Source: a virus (lineage: Duplodnaviria > Caudoviricetes). Taken from it: a DNA stretch of 56,089 nt. A program made the translations under genes and the position numbers. Below are positions 53,201 to 56,089 of this stretch, piece after piece. The stretch is from the IMG/VR virus record IMGVR_UViG_3300042866_000291, positions 1 to 56,089 of that record; one strand, written 5' to 3'. Within the stretch, counting starts at the first letter, position 1. Each line of letters begins with the position of its first letter. The notes beneath the pieces were generated by a model that had not been told where the DNA came from, did no database searches, and worked only from the letters and a program-made list of their open reading frames with translations.

Positions 53201-56089
53201 AGAGGGCTTGGCCCGTGAGCGTGGTGAGTACGCTGACTTCGATGACGAGGCAGGACCGGCCTACCGCACGCGTGGCCAAGCCGCTGAAGGTGTGGTGGAC
53301 GCTGCCGAAGCCAAGGCGCTTGCTGACAAGATCAAGTCGAACCTGCCGGACAACGTCAAGTTTGTCTACGCCGCCGATGCCGGTCAGATCCCGCTGAAGT
53401 TGCTGCGCATGATGGCGCGTGACGGTGTTGATCCGACCACTGAGATGGTGCAGGGCGCGGTCTTCCCCGATGGTACTGTGCTCGTGGTGGGCGATCAGCA
53501 CACCAGCCTGCGCGACTTGGAGGAGACGATCCAGCACGAGCTGGTTGGCCACTATGGAATCGACACGCTCATTGGGTTGAAGCGCCTCCAGGCGTACGCC
53601 GATAAGGCTGACCTGGGCAAGCTGGCAGAAGAAGTCGGCGGCAAGAACCTGATCCGGGAACTCGCACAGACTGCCAACACGCTTGCCGACATGGGCAAGT
53701 CCGAGAGCGTTCAGAGGCTGCAAGTGCTGCGCGAGATCATCGCCCACACGGAAGAAGCACGCGTTACGGAGTCGTTCCGCCAGAAGGCTGGGCGCTGGCT
53801 CAAGGAGTTGGTGGGTATGGTTCGCGCAGGCATGCGCGACATGGGCTTCATGGAGTTGCCCAAGCTCAACACCTCTGACATCTTCTACATGCTGCGCCAA
53901 TCGCGTAAGGCGTTTGCCGACAAGAAGATCGGGGCGTACCGTGCAGCAGACGGAGAGATTGCGTTCCGCTCACGCAAGCAGCCGGTGACGCTGGCCAAGT
54001 CGTTTGCGGCCAAACAGCACTCGGTCAAGGACAAGTTGTTTGGCAACTTCCTGGGGCTGGGCGGACGTGTTCAGTATGTCGATGACTACGCAGCCGTATC
54101 CAAGGCGCTCAAGGTCGGTACTGAAAAAGGTATTCTGAACTCTGTCGATGCCGCCAACGCTGAGTATGCGCTGCGCTTCGGTAAGCAGGTCAGCCAGTTT
54201 GCCGGTCAGTTTCTGACCAACGGTGCGGTCAGGCGCATCCCTGATCCAAAGGGCCCCAAGGGCTCTTACATCTACGAAGCCAAGCCCGGGGCCAACATGC
54301 TTGGGGTGGCTGAGGCGCTTAACGAGGCAGGTATCGACAACGATACGCAAGCCGAAGCCATGCTGACGGCGTATGTGGCTGGACTTCGGGCAAAGAGCGT
54401 TGGCTGGAAGAAGCTGAACTTTGAAAACCCGGCTCAAATGGAGGCCGAGTACAACGAGGTCATTCAGTTCTTGAACGCCAACCCCAAGGCCAAGGCTGCT
54501 TTTGAGAAGGCCAACCGCATCTACCAGGAGTACAACAACGGGCTGATTGACTGGCTGGTTGAGACGGGTGAGATGACCAAGGATAAGGCGGCTGAACTCA
54601 AGAGCAAGCCCTACATCCCGTACTACCGCATCGATGGCGATACGGTGCAGTTGTTTGTGGAGAAGGAGCGCCCGATCCGTATTGGCGACATCAAGAGCCA
54701 GCCGGAACTCAAGTCGCTTGTGGGCGACAACAAAGACATCCTGCCGATCTTTACCAGCGCCATTCAAAACACTTTCATCTTGACCCGCATGGGCCTGCGC
54801 AATCAGGCTATCAAGGACACGGCGTTCCGTCTGCATGACATGGGCATCGCGTCCAAGATGGGCCCGGGCACAGGCCCAGCCAGCTCCAGCACTGTGCGCT
54901 TCAAGGTCAAGGGCAAGGATCACTTTGTCGTCATCGACCAAGCGTTTGGCAAACCCGGCGACAAGGACTACATCCCGGCAGAACTGGTGGTGCGCGGCTT
55001 GGAAGGTATCCAGACGACGCTGCCTGGGCTGTTCAACATCCTGGGCTATCCCGCCGATGTGCTGCGCAAGTTCGTGACCCGCGCCCCGGTGTATGCGATC
55101 CGGCAGGTTATCCGCGATCCGCTCAACGCTTGGCTGACCACTGGCTCCGATGCGACGCCTGTGCTGTCCTCCTTCGTGGAGTTGGGCAAGATGATGGCCG
55201 GACGCAGCGATGCCGAGAAGAAACTCATGTCCATGGGCGCCATCAGCAGCAACGTCTTCACTGGCGATCAGCGCGACATGGAGATGTTCCTGCGCGACGT
55301 GACTGCTGGTAAGACTGGGTGGGACAAGGTCTTGGCCAAAGCCGATCAGTTCGCTATGCAGGGCGATGCTGCCACGCGTGCGGTCATCTACAACGACTCG
55401 CTCAAGAAGGGCCTGACTGAGCAGCAGGCTGCGCTGCGCACACTGGAGTCGATGAACTTCAGCCGTCGCGGACTGTCGCCCACCATGCAGGCGCTTTCCA
55501 TCATGATCCCGTTCTTCAACGCGCAGATCCAAGGTCTGGACGTGTTGTACCGGGCGTTCACCGGCCAGATGCCGTACAGCGAGCAGTTGAAGGTACGCCA
55601 GAAGCTGTGGACACGCGGTCTGATGCTGGCCGCAGGTTCCTTGGCCTACGCCATGATGATGGAGGACGACGAAGCCTACAAGCGGGCTAAGCCTGAAGAG
55701 CGTCTGGCCAACTGGTTCGTGTACATCCCGGGTATTGATGAGCCGGTGCGTGTGCCGATCCCGTTTGAGTTGGGCTACCTGTTCAAGGCGCTGCCCGAGG
55801 CGCTGTACCACGCGGCCAAGGGCGATACTGAGGCTAAGCAGGCGGTGGATGGCATGCAGAAGCTGCTTACGCAGACGGTGCCCTTCACGCTGCCCCAGGC
55901 AGTCAAGCCGCTCACGGAAGTCATCCTGGGCAAGTCGTTCTACAGCGGCGACATCGAGTCCTCGCGTGAGCAAAGCCTCTTGGCTACCGAGCGGTACCGC
56001 GACACCACTACCGGCTTGGCCCGCATGATTGGGTCTGTGACCGGTGAGGTTGGGCTGTCTCCCATCAAGATCGACTACCTGATCCGTGG
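50223..56089 (+). CDS. Giant internal protein with zincin-like motif and LPD38-like C-terminus, truncated by right edge
   Basis: ATG 50223 MAKYLPLPDG; in-frame HELVGHYG at 53535 and IPFFNAQIQGLD...RVPIPFELG after 55500; frame spot-checked, not read codon by codon; absent from ORF track because it runs off the edge. Confidence 0.8.
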   Translation, partial: MAKYLPLPDGSSLKVPDRMSYMEAMQLARDKFPELFEEAKPKPAEPTVGGQVKEFFKGLAPGAVGLVEQAAVGASALLPAEQEEAARKIISEGATALKRPFAAKEGYEDTVGRKFGEAAGSIVPVIAALPFGAPGIAAATALGVGAGAGEARTKAEVEGATEEQRSQATALGSLVGATEVFAPLRILNRIAAPAKAGAAAAIKRAFVAGGEEAAQEAASQAAQNMIAKGIYKPEQAIIEQVGESAAYGGAVGVLAQSLLDMTLGRRARGRMAAEEQRVAQEQAQAAAAQEEAAKNQPDALMALDTQYQQLLARKEELDALAIKPKKGATPEEKQAYQEAKQSAYEFTQNEFLPVRQEWEKRKDAIEALKAQQPAAAPAPEAAPAPAPAPEPIPDVQRLMVEQDTLNRELQGLLPQLQTAAAEGRTDDFRSLNEQRQQLQRRIEARAALIEERGGVAIPEAEFQQQTAAKMSTIDSTITKLQEDFTKAAQAQDFDKATDLGNKLDAAKKQRDALVADTTRRMQALQEKQVGLEQRGQTRELFTPEEAPVPVAQKPEEALSFEVKPAAAAPAVEAKPTEVEQRAEALRKATVAGVSPSRIQELQDQLQSSIPMRDRTDDLFSGINVLRTGVLNNDPVAIQKALNIIDIRKKEELAKTRKEKDEAQARFEKAMADRLNVAGEKVTRTATPEQYDSVMNQIMTLRNKVEQPQKNAKRSILQELEELAAEHAMISKALETGIAYKPSMKDKVAQLNATLGKAEAAPEQRPMTPQEKGAAKKRLVAVTNRFNMLNDTKVVPIKRQIDDLYKSLYTREKVEAPATERAARTAELERRARMSQPISRAAQTAARIKRGDVRKEAETSAELRKLAIELGRAQAEYKKLGTNLKRRLETLKAKYGTEDSRVNEFRDAAKLELDQKAMALGKATPEYKAKLNEKVEVMREALKETKFSKQEVPSKRTPQVTRKVSQAPRRFVSGTPESRKATEAEQESFIKDIEEGLARERGEYADFDDEAGPAYRTRGQAAEGVVDAAEAKALADKIKSNLPDNVKFVYAADAGQIPLKLLRMMARDGVDPTTEMVQGAVFPDGTVLVVGDQHTSLRDLEETIQHELVGHYGIDTLIGLKRLQAYADKADLGKLAEEVGGKNLIRELAQTANTLADMGKSESVQRLQVLREIIAHTEEARVTESFRQKAGRWLKELVGMVRAGMRDMGFMELPKLNTSDIFYMLRQSRKAFADKKIGAYRAADGEIAFRSRKQPVTLAKSFAAKQHSVKDKLFGNFLGLGGRVQYVDDYAAVSKALKVGTEKGILNSVDAANAEYALRFGKQVSQFAGQFLTNGAVRRIPDPKGPKGSYIYEAKPGANMLGVAEALNEAGIDNDTQAEAMLTAYVAGLRAKSVGWKKLNFENPAQMEAEYNEVIQFLNANPKAKAAFEKANRIYQEYNNGLIDWLVETGEMTKDKAAELKSKPYIPYYRIDGDTVQLFVEKERPIRIGDIKSQPELKSLVGDNKDILPIFTSAIQNTFILTRMGLRNQAIKDTAFRLHDMGIASKMGPGTGPASSSTVRFKVKGKDHFVVIDQAFGKPGDKDYIPAELVVRGLEGIQTTLPGLFNILGYPADVLRKFVTRAPVYAIRQVIRDPLNAWLTTGSDATPVLSSFVELGKMMAGRSDAEKKLMSMGAISSNVFTGDQRDMEMFLRDVTAGKTGWDKVLAKADQFAMQGDAATRAVIYNDSLKKGLTEQQAALRTLESMNFSRRGLSPTMQALSIMIPFFNAQIQGLDVLYRAFTGQMPYSEQLKVRQKLWTRGLMLAAGSLAYAMMMEDDEAYKRAKPEERLANWFVYIPGIDEPVRVPIPFELGYLFKALPEALYHAAKGDTEAKQAVDGMQKLLTQTVPFTLPQAVKPLTEVILGKSFYSGDIESSREQSLLATERYRDTTTGLARMIGSVTGEVGLSPIKIDYLIR

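Noticed and set aside
53970-55973. 667-aa minus-strand ORF
   Set aside because: Antisense shadow of the giant LPD38-type gene.

Overview
The window is about 56 kb of a GC-rich tailed dsDNA phage (Caudoviricetes) with a podovirus-like layout. A Betaproteobacteria-type aquatic host is an inference from gene content and style only. There are two divergent arms. The minus-strand arm (1-16369) holds about 25 small early ORFs (including DUF932 and gp88-like) and then the replication genes: VRR-NUC, family A DNA polymerase, Cas4-like exonuclease, two HNH proteins and an SNF2 helicase cut by the left edge. The plus-strand arm (16899-56089) holds terminase, portal, GroES, scaffold, Mu-gpT-like capsid, small basic proteins, adaptor and tail genes, four 2OG-Fe(II) oxygenases next to a Gly/Pro/Cys-rich fibre protein, a lysis cassette, internal/ejection proteins and a giant LPD38-type protein cut by the right edge. 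I saw no integrase, tRNA, CRISPR array or reverse transcriptase. The most notable signals are: (1) a ~145-nt intergenic element with six interlocking helices (multi-pseudoknot RNA candidate, 6314-6456); (2) a candidate trans-acting anti-Shine-Dalgarno sRNA whose best match is the RBS right beside that element; (3) an oxygenase cassette that may hydroxylate a collagen-like adhesin; (4) a shared [MYFL]-x-x-G-G peptide tag across many late proteins; (5) five GGGGAC-N4-GTCCCC palindromes and a nested 62-bp inverted-repeat origin candidate. All family names come from motif recognition by eye, not from database searches.
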